Notes: generated by a model not told the origin, from the sequence alone. Shown: positions 12,652-26,806, counted from the first letter of the whole stretch. The stretch: 63,053 bases of DNA, filler included, from Octopus bimaculoides (GCF_001194135.2; 8 parts of 6 records of this genome joined end to end with filler, not necessarily neighbours in it), one strand, 5' to 3'. Numbers and translations are program-made.

Positions 12652-15508
12652 TTACACGGACCACAAATTTGTGACGTGTGAGGTACTGGAAGATGTACAA
12701 GTCTATTCTGACTTATAAAGCCTTCCGTGCCCGGATTAAGGAGTTAGTACAGAGGGCACTATGTGACGCTATCATTAATAATAGATGCTGGTATGCCCTC
12801 AAGGGAGCCATTCGTTTCGAGTCTATTAGATTTAGCAATCAGCTAAGTTTAGATGGATCTAGAATAGAAGGAGAATTAGTTAAAAATTTAGACGAGGCTA
12901 TAGACTCTAGCTATGCTTCTAGAGTGCAGGCGGTGATAACGACCTTTTACCGTCACCTCAAAGCCAAACACGAAGGCAGCAGAGTTAGAGCTAGGTTACG
13001 TGCAGTGGGTCGAGAAGGTGTTAACATTGCCGGATGGGCAAGTCGTGTGGAGAGTCAGAAGGGGCGCAAGATCTATGGAAAGGAAATGATGCAAAAGGCC
13101 TTTCACGAGCATTTCGCCCGGTTGTTCGGGGAGAGCGGAGCGCTTGAGCGTGGGGAGCCCTTAAAGAACTTTCTAGCTGGTGGGCCGCGACTCTCAGCAT
13201 GGGAGGCGGAATGCTATGAAGGACCGATTACTCCTGCGGAGGTAAAAGAGGTGTTGGCCGAGTGCGCCGGGGAAAAGTCGCCGGGGTTGNNNNNNNNNNN
13301 NNNNNNNNNNNNNNNNNNNNNNNNNNNNNNNNNNNNNNNNNNNNNNNNNNNNNNNNNNNNNNNNNNNNNNNNNNNNNNNNNNNNNNNNNNNNNNNNNNNN
13401 NNNNNNNNNNNNNNNNNNNNNNNNNNNNNNNNNNNNNNNNNNNNNNNNNNNNNNNNNNNNNNNNNNNNNNNNNNNNNNNNNNNNNNNNNNNNNNNNNNNN
13501 NNNNNNNNNNNNNNNNNNNNNNNNNNNNNNNNNNNNNNNNNNNNNNNNNNNNNNNNNNNNNNNNNNNNNNNNNNNNNNNNNNNNNNNNNNNNNNNNNNNN
13601 NNNNNNNNNNNNNNNNNNNNNNNNNNNNNNNNNNNNNNNNNNNNNNNNNNNNNNNNNNNNNNNNNNNNNNNNNNNNNNNNNNNNNNNNNNNNNNNNNNNN
13701 NNNNNNNNNNNNNNNNNNNNNNNNNNNNNNNNNNNNNNNNNNNNNNNNNNNNNNNNNNNNNNNNNNNNNNNNNNNNNNNNNNNNNNNNNNNNNNNNNNNN
13801 NNNNNNNNNATTTTGGCCAAGGTGTTAGCCAAAAAGTTAACGCGTGTTTTGGAGAAACTTGTAGGGAAGGTGCAGACATGCACCATCCCAGGCAGGTCGA
13901 TCCATGACAATCTTCACATTATACTCTACACCTTAGACAGGGTGGGTTAATTAACCGGTAGATGGTCCATTTAGACCAAGGTAAAGCGTTTGATAGGGTA
14001 GACCACCAGTACCTGGCGGCGGTCCTCGAAGCGGCTGGGCTCGGCTCGGCTCGGACTTCCGTAGGTGGATCTCCACCATGTAATGTGACATCAAATCCAC
14101 CGTCCAGATAAACGGTAACCTGTCGGAGCCGTTTTTGATCGAGCGCTCAGTTCGTCAAGGGTGTCCCCTGTCTCCGCTTCTATATGTGTTGGCTCTTGAG
14201 CCATTGATGCGGAAGTTGGAGAAGTTGGGAGGCAAACTTAATGAAATCGGATGCGGTAAGTCGGTCTCTGCTTATGCAGATGGCGTCACCTTCATCGTAT
14301 CCAATGAAGCGTCCTTGTGTAGAGGACGCCATCAAACGATACGAGGCGGTGGCAGGGGGAAAAGTTAACAAGGACAAGTCCATTGGCCTGCACCTCGGCA
14401 CCTGGAGGAGCAAGTCGATATCGTCCGGTGTCGTGGGTCACTGGACAGATGGTCCTGTTAAGTTACTTCGAGTCTGGTTTGGACCGGACTCCCAGACGAA
14501 GAAGAATTGGAGCGAAGTGGCAGATAAAGTAGAGACTCTAGTACCGACTTGATCCGGAAGGGCTCTGCCCTTGAAAGGCAGGGCCGAGGTAGTACAGGTG
14601 TTAATTGCATCTGTCATCACCTACCGCCTGACCGTTGTCCCTTGCCCCGATTCGTGGCTAAACAAGTTGGAGCGCCTCCTTTTCTGCCTTTTGTGGAATG
14701 GAGGAAAGACACTGTGAGGCGCTCCGTTTGCTGCCAGGAACCGCTAAAGGGTTGGTTAGGGATACCCTGGCTAATGATGCGGAGACATGCGTGGAGGCTG
14801 AGGCATCTCTGGCGTTACCTGGAGGGTGATAAGGTGTGGAATCTGCTGGCAGAGGAATTCTTTCCGCGATCAGCCTCTTTGGAGCGATTTAAACCCAGTT
14901 TCATTAAAAGATGTAATCTAACNNNNNNNNNNNNNNNNNNNNNNNNNNNNNNNNNNNNNNNNNNNNTTAATTAATTAANNNNNNNNNNNNNNNNNNNNNN
15001 NNNNNNNNNNNNNNNNNNNNNNTCTGGCAAGAAAACCAAAGAAGAAAAAGAAAAACAAACAAAATCACAAAAAATGTCTAGTTCTAAATTTCTGCTTTCT
15101 TTCCAAATTACCTTACAGAGAACATACGAATTATATGCATAGTTTCTAACGTAAAACTGAAGACGTAAACAAAATGGCGCAGCAGTTGGATATTTACGGT
15201 ATAACTTTGTTTTCAACAATTCGAATGTCACCAATGTTTTTTTCTGAAAAGTGAGAGACACTCAAATATTTTCCAACATTACACAACAACCCACACATCA
15301 CACCTTAAAACATTTGGTAATTGACACGTTGGTAATTGAATCTGAGTTTTGTTTGATATTCCGTATAATAACAGTTATTTATTACGAATTTCATTTGCTC
15401 ACCAAGAGATTTATATTTTAGTTGTCGTTGTTCTTATTGTTATTACTGGTGCTTGTTTTACTTATGGAGCTGAACATAATGATGATGATGATGATGATGA
15501 TGGTGATG

Positions 15509-15560
<52 letters not shown>

Positions 15561-17141
15561 TAATAATAATAATTTGAAAAGGAAAAAAAAAATCACAGAA
15601 AAACGAATTTAATTTCTCGAAATCTTTTAAATGAAAATAAGATGTTAATATGCGATCGTTTTTGAAGATTAGAAACATTTTTAGTCTACGCTAAGATCTG
15701 ATTGTCGATTCGTAAAAAAAAAAGACATAGAAGAATAAATATATATAATTAAAAAATATATAAAAAGAACTATTTTCTTTTTTCATNNNNNNNNNNNNNN
15801 NNNNNNNNNNNNNNNNNNNNNNNNNNNNNNNNNNNNNNNNNNNNNNNNNNNNNNNNNNNNNNNNNNNNNNNNNNNNNNNNNNNNNNNNNNNNNNNNNNNN
15901 NNNNNNNNNNNNNNNNNNNNNNNNNNNNNNNNNNNNNNNNNNNNNNNNNNNNNNNNNNNNNNNNNNNNNNNNNNNNNNNNNNNNNNNNNNNNNNNNNNNN
16001 NNNNNNNNNNNNNNNNNNNNNNNNNNNNNNNNNNNNNNNNNNNNNNNNNNNNNNNNNNNNNNNNNNNNNNNNNNNNNNNNNNNNNNNNNNNNNNNNNNNN
16101 NNNNNNNNNNNNNNNNNNNNNNNNNNNNNNNNNNNNNNNNNNNNNNNNNNNNNNNNNNNNNNNNNNNNNNNNNNNNNNNNNNNNNNNNNNNNNNNNNNNN
16201 NNNNNNNNNNNNNNNNNNNNNNNNNNNNNNNNNNNNNNNNNNNNNNNNNNNNNNNNNNNNNNNNNNNNNNNNNNNNNNNNNNNNNNNNNNNNNNNNNNNN
16301 NNNNNNNNNNNATATATACACACATATATATATATATATAATTGTATGTATGTAAGTATGTATGTATATATAATATTTTATATGTACATGTGTGTTTGAA
16401 GTTATAAATTGTATATATACATACATGTATACATACAAACATACATACATATATATATATAACACACATACATATGTATATAATAAATACATATAATATA
16501 CATACATATATACATAAAAGTGTGTACCTATACACACACGTATATATGCCTACATATAAGCATATGTATGTTTATGTGTATATACCTGTATACATACCTG
16601 CATACATATGTGAAAACAGAAGCAGACACACTCGTATATGTTCAAACATATGTATATATACTGGCTGGACACTATCTCTCATTCTGTCAGTACGAGTGTA
16701 TGCTTGTGATTGTGTGTGTATATGTATGAGCGTATATATCTGTGCACGTGTATGAGTGCGTGTATGTTTGCGTGGATGTGTGCACGTAAACAAAGATATC
16801 TCGAACCGTGTTGAAACACGTTACGCAATCTTCAAAATCTATGACTCCCTATGTCGCTTGTTTGCTGGTGTTTACCAGGAAACTCAATACTAGGGAGGAA
16901 AACAAATATAATGTTAACAAAATATGTACTGTCACATGGACACATACATGTACATGCACGTACACACACAGTCTCACATACACACTCTGACACACACTCA
17001 CACATACATATATATATACATTTACATAGGTATAAGATTATATTTATATATATGAAGATATATACATTTTTATATACATATATATATATATATACACATA
17101 CATATACATATATATATATGTATATATATGTACATTTGTCC

Positions 17142-17193
<52 letters not shown>

Positions 17194-17251
17194 AGGTATA
17201 TGTGTCCATATATATATGGGTGCACGGACTGAGACAGTTAGCTACACAGAG

Positions 17252-17297
<46 letters not shown>

Positions 17298-17681
17298 CTA
17301 GAGAGAGAGTGAGAGAAAGGAAGAGAGAAATTTGATAAACGTCCAATATTATTTCACAATTTTAAGACACAAAACAAATTCATTGGTTGGTTTACATACA
17401 ACGTGGTTATCGCGAGCGATATCGTACGCTCTCGCGGTCTCTCTGTACACCTCTACTATATGCATAAGCGTGTCTACGTTTGTGTGTGCAGTTGTGTGTG
17501 TGTGTGTGTGTGTGTGTGTCCGTGTGTATGTGTGTGTGTTTGCGCGTGTGTGTGTCAGTGCAGGTGTATCTGCATGTGTGTGAATGTAAATCCTTGGAAA
17601 CCAAGTTACCTCGGTTTGTTGTGAAAAATAAGTAAAGGTCTATGGCTGCCAGACAAACTTTTGCTGTTGTTATTGTTATTG

Positions 17682-17735
<54 letters not shown>

Positions 17736-18450
17736 TGATGATGAAAAGTCACTGCTTACATTTCTGGATATAATGGAAAGTGTCAACTGTGCACAGCCAG
17801 CAGACTAAGGTGACACTTGTTTACTGGTCATTCAGGAAGAGCCCTGCAAAGAATTCTTGCAGTTCTAAGCAATGCTGACTTTTTGTAAGTGTTCTACTTT
17901 CACATTTGCACCAATCTTTTTTAACTACGTTGGTAGTTGAATGCTGATACGTCGAAGTGCACCAATTATAATTCCTATCACGTCTACTCCCCTCATTGAC
18001 CACAGCCTTCGTATTTTTCACTTCATGCCATCGCAGTTGTTCAGTTTTTCTTCTTTCACTTTGATCTTGTCACCGCAAAATGCTATGCCGATTATCATGC
18101 ATGTCTTTTCTTTTTTATTCACCACAACAATGTCTGGTTTCTGGTTTCAGAATTTCGTACTGAATCATTGCGTTCTACAGGATTTTTCAATTTTCGTTCT
18201 CGGTGACTCCTTTGGGGTTTTTCATACCACGACCTTGCTCTTTTTAGGCCGTGATTTACACAGAGCTTCCAATGGGTCACTCTAGGCACATTGTCATGTC
18301 TTTTGTATTCGCGTTGTACCAATTTCGGGAATTCGTTAACCATATATCCTGCATTCATAGCTGTCTGTAGTGTTGTGGATCTGCACTTAACATTATTAGT
18401 CCTTAATACCTGTTCTTGTGCTGCGCATATAATAATCTTAAACAGGATTA
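17736..18450 (-). mobile_element. R4/Dong-like non-LTR retrotransposon, 3' end (zinc knuckle region, REL endonuclease, 3' UTR) with (AAT)n tail
   Basis: Frames give ICAAQEQVLRTN and FPKLVQREYKRHDNVPRVTHWKLCVNHGLKRARSWYEKP, plus PD-(D/E)xK-type endonuclease remnants. The 3' UTR runs into the (AAT)n tract at ~17683-17735. Confidence 0.87.
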
Positions 18451-18452
18451 AG

Positions 18453-18526
18453 ACAGTGACTTCGATGTTTCAGCGAGTTAAGTCAACCGACGATGGCTTA
18501 ACTGGTCGAAACTTCGAAGTCACTGT
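18453..18526. repeat. 74-nt imperfect hairpin (32-nt arms, 10-nt loop)
   Basis: ACAGTGACTTCGATGTTTCAGCGAGTTAAGTC / GGCTTAACTGGTCGAAACTTCGAAGTCACTGT; 27 of 32 positions match by eye. Confidence 0.85.
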
Positions 18527-18678
18527 CACTAACATTCTTGCTTAAGAATGATATATTTGCACTCTTCGAAAGTAGAAAGTAACCCATCAGATTAATGTAA
18601 AACTGTTTTTATTCTAAACAACATAAAAACAAACATAAGCGTAAACTTATACATAGATACACACACAAGTAAATACAT

Positions 18679-18724
<46 letters not shown>

Positions 18725-19227
18725 AAATATACACACATTATATATACATATATATACGTATATGTGTGAATATATATTTCTGTGTGTATGTAGGTGTGTG
18801 TATGTTTGTTTATGTGGCTGTTTGTGTGACTGTTTAAATGAAGCCAAGAGATATTGCCTTCCTTTTTTAATCGTGTTCAGTTTATCTCGTTCATGAGACT
18901 ATATTAAGAAAATAGAATTGCTGGAGATTAAAAAAGAGAGTAAAAAAAAAAGATATAAAAAAGCATGCAGACAGCAGCATCAGAATTAACAACGACAACA
19001 ACAGCAACAACAATAACAAGTACATCCTCACTCGATATTGGATATTTAACTATTATGGGAAAGAATTAGTTTCCAGTCGGATATAATATATCGAATCAAT
19101 CGATATAGATATGGATTAGATCTGCTGGGACAATTACCGAGTAGGAGACTTATGAAAGGAAAAGAAACAAAAAAACGCAGCTCAGTACAAACAATACATA
19201 CATACATGCATACATAACAGCATACGC

Positions 19228-19272
<45 letters not shown>

Positions 19273-20695
19273 NNNNNNNNNNNNNNNNNNNNNNNNNNNN
19301 NNNNNNNNNNNNNNNNNNNNNNNNNNNNNNNNNNNNNNNNNNNNNNNNNNNNNNNNNNNNNNNNNNNNNNNNNNNNNNNNNNNNNNNNNNNNNNNNNNNN
19401 NNNNNNNNNNNNNNNNNNNNNNNNNNNNNNNNNNNNNNNNNNNNNNNNNNNNNNNNNNNNNNNNNNNNNNNNNNNNNNNNNNNNNNNNNNNNNNNNNNNN
19501 NNNNNNNNNNNNNNNNNNNNNNNNNNNNNNNNNNNNNNNNNNNNNNNNNNNNNNNNNNNNNNNNNNNNNNNNNNNNNNNNNNNNNNNNNNNNNNNNNNNN
19601 NNNNNNNNNNNNNNNNNNNNNNNNNNNNNNNNNNNNNNNNNNNNNNNNNNNNNNNNNNNNNNNNNNNNNNNNNNNNNNNNNNNNNNNNNNNNNNNNNNNN
19701 NNNNNNNNNNNNNNNNNNNNNNNNNNNNNNNNNNNNNNNNNNNNNNNNNNNNNNNNNNNNNNNNNNNNNNNNNNNNNNNNNNNNNNNNNNNNNNNNNNNN
19801 NNNNNNNNNNNNNNNNNNNNNNNNNNNNNNNNNNNNNNNNNNNNNNNNNNNNNNNNNNNNNNNNNNNNNNNNNNNNNNNNNCCGCCATACCGATCCAAAA
19901 TTTTTGAGAGAATGATTCAGAAGACAATTTGAAAATGTTTCTTCGAAGAAATATATTCATAAACAAAGCGAAGTAAAACTCAACCATACATATTTCAAAT
20001 CTCAAAAATAAAACATACTCTATAGATATTATACTGCCATTCTATATCTCATACTATCATACATCACGTATACGCACTGTTGATATGCCATTTAATACGT
20101 TCACTTGCTACTGCTGGAACGAATTTTCGCCTCCATCTGAAATATATTATGTTTTTAAACCTGCACGTCCCAATTAGATGTTATCTCAGAAAGAATACCT
20201 CTGTAACTACCCTATCAACAACATGTATACATTATGGATGATATATAAATAGCTATTTTAATTTATTACTGTTTTAATGTCATATTTCGGATTAACAAAA
20301 AACAAGTATATGGTGATGAAAGTAGAGGACAGCGAGCGATTAGTATAATCAATTCTTTAATTACATCGATTTTTATACGATATTTTAAAATTTTACATTA
20401 CGTTGTCAGGAAATGGTATAGCAGTTTTAAAAGTCTGCACATCAAACATCGACCTTATAAGCATGTATATTTTGCAATACAGCTTCTTTCTTGCGGTTAG
20501 AAACGATCGCAGGAATCACCTCTGTACATTCGTGCACGCCTGTGTAAGGGCGTGCGACTATACATGCATGCATACATACATACATACATACATACATACA
20601 TTCATAAGTCATGAATAGATAGTTGATAGATACATACATATATGCATGCATGCATCCATCCATCCATCCCTCTCTCTGCCTCTCTGTCTGATTTG

Positions 20696-20741
<46 letters not shown>

Positions 20742-21766
20742 NNNNNNNNNNNNNNNNNNNNNNNNNNNNNNNNNNNNNNNNNNNNNNNNNNNNNNNNNNN
20801 NNNNNNNNNNNNNNNNNNNNNNNNNNNNNNNNNNNNNNNNNNNNNNNNNNNNNNNNNNNNNNNNNNNNNNNNNNNNNNNNNNNNNNNNNNNNNNNNNNNN
20901 NNNNNNNNNNNNNNNNNNNNNNNNNNNNNNNNNNNNNNNNNNNNNNNNNNNNNNNNNNNNNNNNNNNNNNNNNNNNNNNNNNNNNNNNNNNNNNNNNNNN
21001 NNNNNNNNNNNNNNNNNNNNNNNNNNNNNNNNNNNNNNNNNNNNNNNNNNNNNNNNNNNNNNNNNNNNNNNNNNNNNNNNNNNNNNNNNNNNNNNNNNNN
21101 NNNNNNNNNNNNNNNNNNNNNNNNNNNNNNNNNNNNNNNNNNNNNNNNNNNNNNNNNNNNNNNNNNNNNNNNNNNNNNNNNNNNNNNNAAAACGCAAAAC
21201 CCAAAAATTTATGCTTGTGTTTTCTTTTCTCATGACAAATATATTTTAGAGTCATCCATTTTAATCCACAAATAATTTTACGTTTTGAATGATCCCAATT
21301 TATTAAAAAAATATCTCGATTTATTTTTATCGTAATTGCGGGACTGTTGTAATTTCAGTAACGTTAGTGTATTATTTTTCCATGTATTGCTTTTTTTAAT
21401 ATTCTCTCTTACATATCCGTATTGCAAATGCATAATAATTCCTCTTGACAAATATGTTGACGTATGTCTAGTTAAATAGATAACAGTATGTAGTTTGCAA
21501 GTTTCATGTGCTTAATAATATTTAAATATTTCTTTGGTGACACATATCAATCAGTAATGCTTTTTGTGCTCGAAGATCTTGTATTAAATTCTTAGTTTTT
21601 TGTTATATGTAATTCCTGCTCATTATCATTTTCTTTACTGATGTCACTGAAATAGTCAGTTTTCTATTTATTTTCGTGCGTATGTGTTTACTGCATTTAA
21701 ACGCTATCTAAATGTATGCATTATGTGTTTCTAATATTCATATTCATGTATGATATTTACTATGTA

Positions 21767-22968
21767 AAGTGTGACCCCCGAAATATATACACATTTTAAC
21801 AGCCGATAACTTAGTTTCTATTCCTTTAGATTTAAACCATTAGAAATAATAAAGGGAGCCAGACTAACTTTTGAACGAATGAATATTTTCTAAAGTACCG
21901 TTAAAAGTTTGAAAACACGATCAAAAGGAGATCAACAAACGCGATGTACCATACGTCGAATTAGAAACAAGTTTGAAACAGATTCAACTGTTTATAATGT
22001 CTAGAAGAAAAGTTCCGGAAGATCGCTGATATCGACGGGACACACAAATCAAGAAAGACTACTGGAAAAGTATTGCTATTATCCAAGAAAATCTATCCAC
22101 CAAGAGAATCATCAGACTGGAATTTCATCGCGTTTTCAGATATTATCGTTGGAAAAGTTACATTTCAAGAATTGCCGTGGCTCTCAATAAACATGAACGA
22201 GACAAATAAGTGTAATTTTACAAGTGGTACTTGGTTGTGTATGTAAAAGAGAACACATTCTATCAATGATTGTTTGGAGAAATGAAGCTACATTTAAATT
22301 AGAGGGCTCAATTAACCACCATAATTGCACCTCATGACGCCTTGAGAATCCGCATCCTACGGAGGCACACCATGTTAATAAGCAGTGGGTACAGTATGGT
22401 ACAATATATCCTCGAAAGGATTAACGGGATCACAACATTTTTCGACGGTACAACAACTAGTCTTATTTACTTGAACTTGCTACGATAATATTTTATGCCA
22501 GGCATTCAAGAACACTTTGAAGATGTGGAGTTTTGTTTCGAGCAGGATGGCCACCTTCACACTATCATTGTAATGCAAGGGTCTGCTTTAATGAGATCTT
22601 GCCAGAAAATTTGACTGGACGAAGAGGTTCAGTAGAAAACCCTGCGCATTTGCCGGACTTCACGACACCAGACTGTGTTTTTTTAGAAGATGCTTAAATG
22701 ATAAATTTTACGATACAAAACTGGCAATCATCGATGAATTGAGGAAAGCCGTTGATGAAAAATACACCGAACGAGATGTGTTTTGTTATTTCGGTACTTG
22801 GCATTATCAGCAGCGCCTGGACCGGAACGACCGGGAGTTTGATAAGAAGTGTACATAAAATTAATTTTCTTTTCTGTAGATTCTCTTCACTTTTGAAAAT
22901 AAAATGTATTCTTATAAAAGCTGACTTTACGATATTTAATGTATCTATATAGTGTTTGAGACACTCTG
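21767..22968 (+). mobile_element. Decayed Tc1/mariner-superfamily DNA transposon (~1.2 kb, maT/DD37D-like)
   Basis: Broken frames TIRRIRNKFETDSTV..SGRS, IVWRNEATFKLEGSINHHNC..ENPH, FFDGT, CFEQDG and GRRGSVENPAHLPDFTTPD. Degenerate TIRs (AAAGTGTGACCCCCG vs reverse complement CAGAGTGTCTCAAAC) with TA at both ends. Confidence 0.82.
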
Positions 22969-22980
22969 TATGTATGTATG

Positions 22981-23014
<34 letters not shown>

Positions 23015-23432
23015 TGTATGTCACTATACAGTTCATTTCCTGAGATTTGGTCAATAGAGAAAGAGCCAGTTTCTAACCAAGATCCAAGGCTTCTTCTTTG
23101 GAATTTCAACAGCAACAGGGTATTTTTGTATGTATGTATGCATGTATGTATGTATGTATGTATGTATGTATGTATGTGTGTATGTATGTAAGACTGCTCA
23201 TTTTATTTCCATTATGGCAACATTTCCATACAGCTTTTTATAGCAAACAATTTGGGCAGAAATAATTTGTACAATATTACACAATACACTCCCAGTGTAG
23301 GATTAATTAATAGATACGAGGCCCCAACAACGTTTGCGTATGATTTCAAATATATACATATATCATACACACACTACATATGCACATAAGCACAAACACA
23401 CACAAACACATCTATACATATATTCATGTGTA

Positions 23433-23786
23433 CAGGGTGATTCAAAAGTCTTCATACGTAGGAAAAATTTACTTTTTTTTTATAAGAAACAGTTCCTAGA
23501 TCCTCTTGATTTCTATCTTTTGGGGGCATTTGAAAGGCATAGTGTTTCGTGAAAGGATAACAGACATAAATCATTTGAAAGAACGCATCACCAACTCCTT
23601 TGTACACGTATCACCAGATGTACTGTTACGAGTTCACAATGAATTGGGTAAACATATTGCAATGTGTATCCCAAATACAATGGTAACCATATAGAGCCTG
23701 TTAAATAAAAAAATATGTTCTTATAAACTGTTTCTTATAAAAAAACATAACTTGTTCCTATGTATGGCTACTTTTGAATCACCCTG
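23433..23786 (+). mobile_element. Mariner-type MITE / internal deletion derivative
   Basis: Perfect TIRs CAGGGTGATTCAAAAGT...ACTTTTGAATCACCCTG with TA TSD. Internal remnant PLDFYLLGAFERH / WGHLKGIVFRERITDINHLKERI is a transposase C-terminus. Confidence 0.92.
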
Positions 23787-25795
23787 TATATATAATAAAA
23801 ATTCAGCGTACAATATGTACCTGTTTGCTAGAAAGAGGAGTTAAGACCCTCCAACACCACGCATCTCTCACTATATAAGCACGCACGGAGAATATAGTAA
23901 ATATATTTCTCCGAAACAGTCTTCTCACTTGTAAAATACATTTAGTAAAATACGGGGCTCTTTCTGATTTGGGGGGGGGGACTTTTAGTTTATGTTTTAT
24001 TTAGTGTGTTTTCTACGGAAACACTTTAAAACTTCGTATACTTGTATATTTTGTCTTATAAAACAGAAAAATCTTTATATTCGAAGTTATTTCATGTTAA
24101 AAGTTGTCGTATTTCGGTAATTTCAACCAATCACTGACGTCTATTGAGGTGAAAACAATTACTGTTGTGAAATGTAAACAACACGTTCTAGCGGTGTAAT
24201 GGGATCTTTTCCCTTGAATATTATATATATAGATCCAAACACATAAACATGCTCGCACACACACACTCTCTCTCTCTTACACACACATATGTATAGGTGT
24301 GTATGCATATATGTGTATATGTGTGTGTGTATATGTAATCTATATGACTATGCATGCAGTATAGAGAAACATTGTATATCTACAGAGATATGTTTTGGTT
24401 AAATCGTGTTTTTTTTCTCATTAAAGTGTTTTTTCCTCTTATTTTAAATGTTTAATTGAATTATTTTTCCGTAAAATCTGCTGTGTGTTTGAAACCACAA
24501 CACGAGTTGTAGATAACGCCACATGTTACCTTGTTAGTGCTAAACATATAAAATTAAAAATAATAAACGTATATTTCGTCACAGAATCAAAACAGATATT
24601 AATCCGTGCATTTCGATTCACGATACATTTTTTTTTTCTAAACGTTTATCTTTTATTTTTCGTAGCCAAATCTATTTTGAAAAGGTCGGTCTCCGAATGA
24701 TATTTGATTTAAATGGTTTGACATCAAAGATCTCAAATAGTGAAAAACCACTCAAAGAGCTTGCTATTTCTTCTGTTCTTTATAGATAGAATATATATAT
24801 ATATATTTCTTTTTCATTTTCATATGAACTATACTCAGATGTAAACAATCAAAGAGAAATGAAATTAAAATAAATAGTTAGTTAGTTGAGTGGAATGTAA
24901 AACAAAACAACACAATGTAGAATAGAATATCACATTTTTGGAATAAGAACAAAAATATATATAATAATAAATAAAATAAATAACACTGGAAACAAAAAAA
25001 AATTCCCATGCTTATCATAAAATTTGAGACATCGAAGAGCTGGCTTCTTGAATGTCGTTGAGGATGATGCTGGAAGACCAATGTAATCATTAGAAATAAT
25101 TAGCCAGGATACATCTAGGCCAACACAATAAACACAAACGCCTACTTAAGGAATGTATGTATATATNNNNNNNNNNNNNNNNNNNNNNNNNNNNNNNNNN
25201 NNNNNNNNNNNNNNNNNNNNNNNNNNNNNNNNNNNNNNNNNNNNNNNNNNNNNNNNNNNNNNNNNNNNNNNNNNNNNNNNNNNNNNNNNNNNNNNNNNNN
25301 NNNNNNNNNNNNNNNNNNNNNNNNNNNNNNNNNNNNNNNNNNNNNNNNNNNNNNNNNNNNNNNNNNNNNNNNNNNNNNNNNNNNNNNNNNNNNNNNNNNN
25401 NNNNNNNNNNNNNNNNNNNNNNNNNNNNNNNNNNNNNNNNNNNNNNNNNNNNNNNNNNNNNNNNNNNNNNNNNNNNNNNNNNNNNNNNNNNNNNNNNNNN
25501 NNNNNNNNNNNNNNNNNNNNNNNNNNNNNNNNNNNNNNNNNNNNNNNNNNNNNNNNNNNNNNNNNNNNNNNNNNNNNNNNNNNNNNNNNNNNNNNNNNNN
25601 NNNNNNNNNNNNNNNNNNNNNNNNNNNNNNNNNNNNNNNNNNNNNNNNNNNNNNNNNNNNNNNNNNNNNNNNNNNNNNNNNNNNNNNNNNNNNNNNNNNN
25701 NNNNNNNNNNNNNNNNNNNNNNNNNNNNNNNNNNNNNNNNNNNNNNNNNNNNNNNNNNNNNNNNNNNNNNNNNNNNNNNNNNNNNNNNNNNNNNN

Positions 25796-25897
25796 GTCTT
25801 ATTGAATATATGGAATATGTCTTATTGAATATATGAAATATTGAGTGTTCAATATTTCATATATTCAATAAGACATATTCCATATATTCAATAAGAC
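25796..25897. repeat. Perfect 49-bp inverted repeat (4-nt spacer) built from 23-bp tandem units
   Basis: Arm 25796-25844 is the exact reverse complement of 25849-25897. It abuts an N gap. Confidence 0.9.
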
Positions 25898-26806
25898 ATT
25901 CAATACTTTATTTCATTGTACCATCCATTTTTATATTCTATATTGTATATTCCATATTCTATATCCCACATTAATTTTACAAGAATATAAATAAAACATA
26001 AAAAACAGACAGAGTTGGAACTCTTTTAAATAAAATAATATATTCCTCTATACACAATCATACAAAACCCCTTTTTTGGTATTTATTTTTACTCACACAC
26101 ACACACACACACTTATATTTGTGTGTGTGTGTGTATGTCTGTGTAGTTCCAAACACATCTACTTGTCATTAGAACAGGCTGCGTTTATAGCAGACACAAG
26201 TAGATACAATTTAAAACTAAACAATCTGATTCTTTTTTTCTTTTCATTTAATATCAGATACTTGCTTTCATCATATTTTTTCTTCAAATATCAATTCCTG
26301 TTTGAAAGAGCTTCGAAGATTTAAGGAGTCAAAAAAATATTTTAGCATTCTCTTCTTAACTAAAACAAAGCAACAAATGATAACCACTAATTAGCGAAAA
26401 TGGTGGCCAGTTTTCTGTTAGCTCCGTCCTTTCAAAATATAATTAATAAACGGTGCTTTAAATAGGTCGCCTATGCTAAAACGAAAGCAACGAGCATTAA
26501 ATCTTTCAGCAACAAAAGAAATACATTAGTCAAAAGTATAAACATAGAACAGAATCTCCTGCCACAGCGAACTAAAGTATTTTATATAAAAATGTCCTCC
26601 TTTACACATGAACAAGTTAATTATATGGTATTATTTTAAATGATGGTATTTAGATATGTTCGTGCAGCCGTTTAGTACAGAAGGTATTTAATCGTTTAGT
26701 GGCTGACATGTTTTATAACAAACATTGGTGGGTTGTCATTTGTGTCTTTAAATATATTTCTTTATTGTGAACTGTTGGTAAACATAGAGGAGACAAACAA
26801 AGCAAA

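Larger units (their letters stand above)
11129..14922 (+). mobile_element. Tx1-clade (L1 superfamily) LINE ORF2: APE endonuclease plus RT, decayed and interrupted by a Helitron
   Basis: APE motifs FRLVTVYAP, VVLLGDF and VHYTDHKF (restored when the Helitron is removed). RT motifs [46 protein letters not shown] and KVNKDKS. Confidence 0.92.

Noticed and set aside
23885-23925. GGAGAA...TTCTCC-GAAAC-AGTC resembling a hammerhead 3' half
   Set aside because: There is no CUGANGA core upstream.
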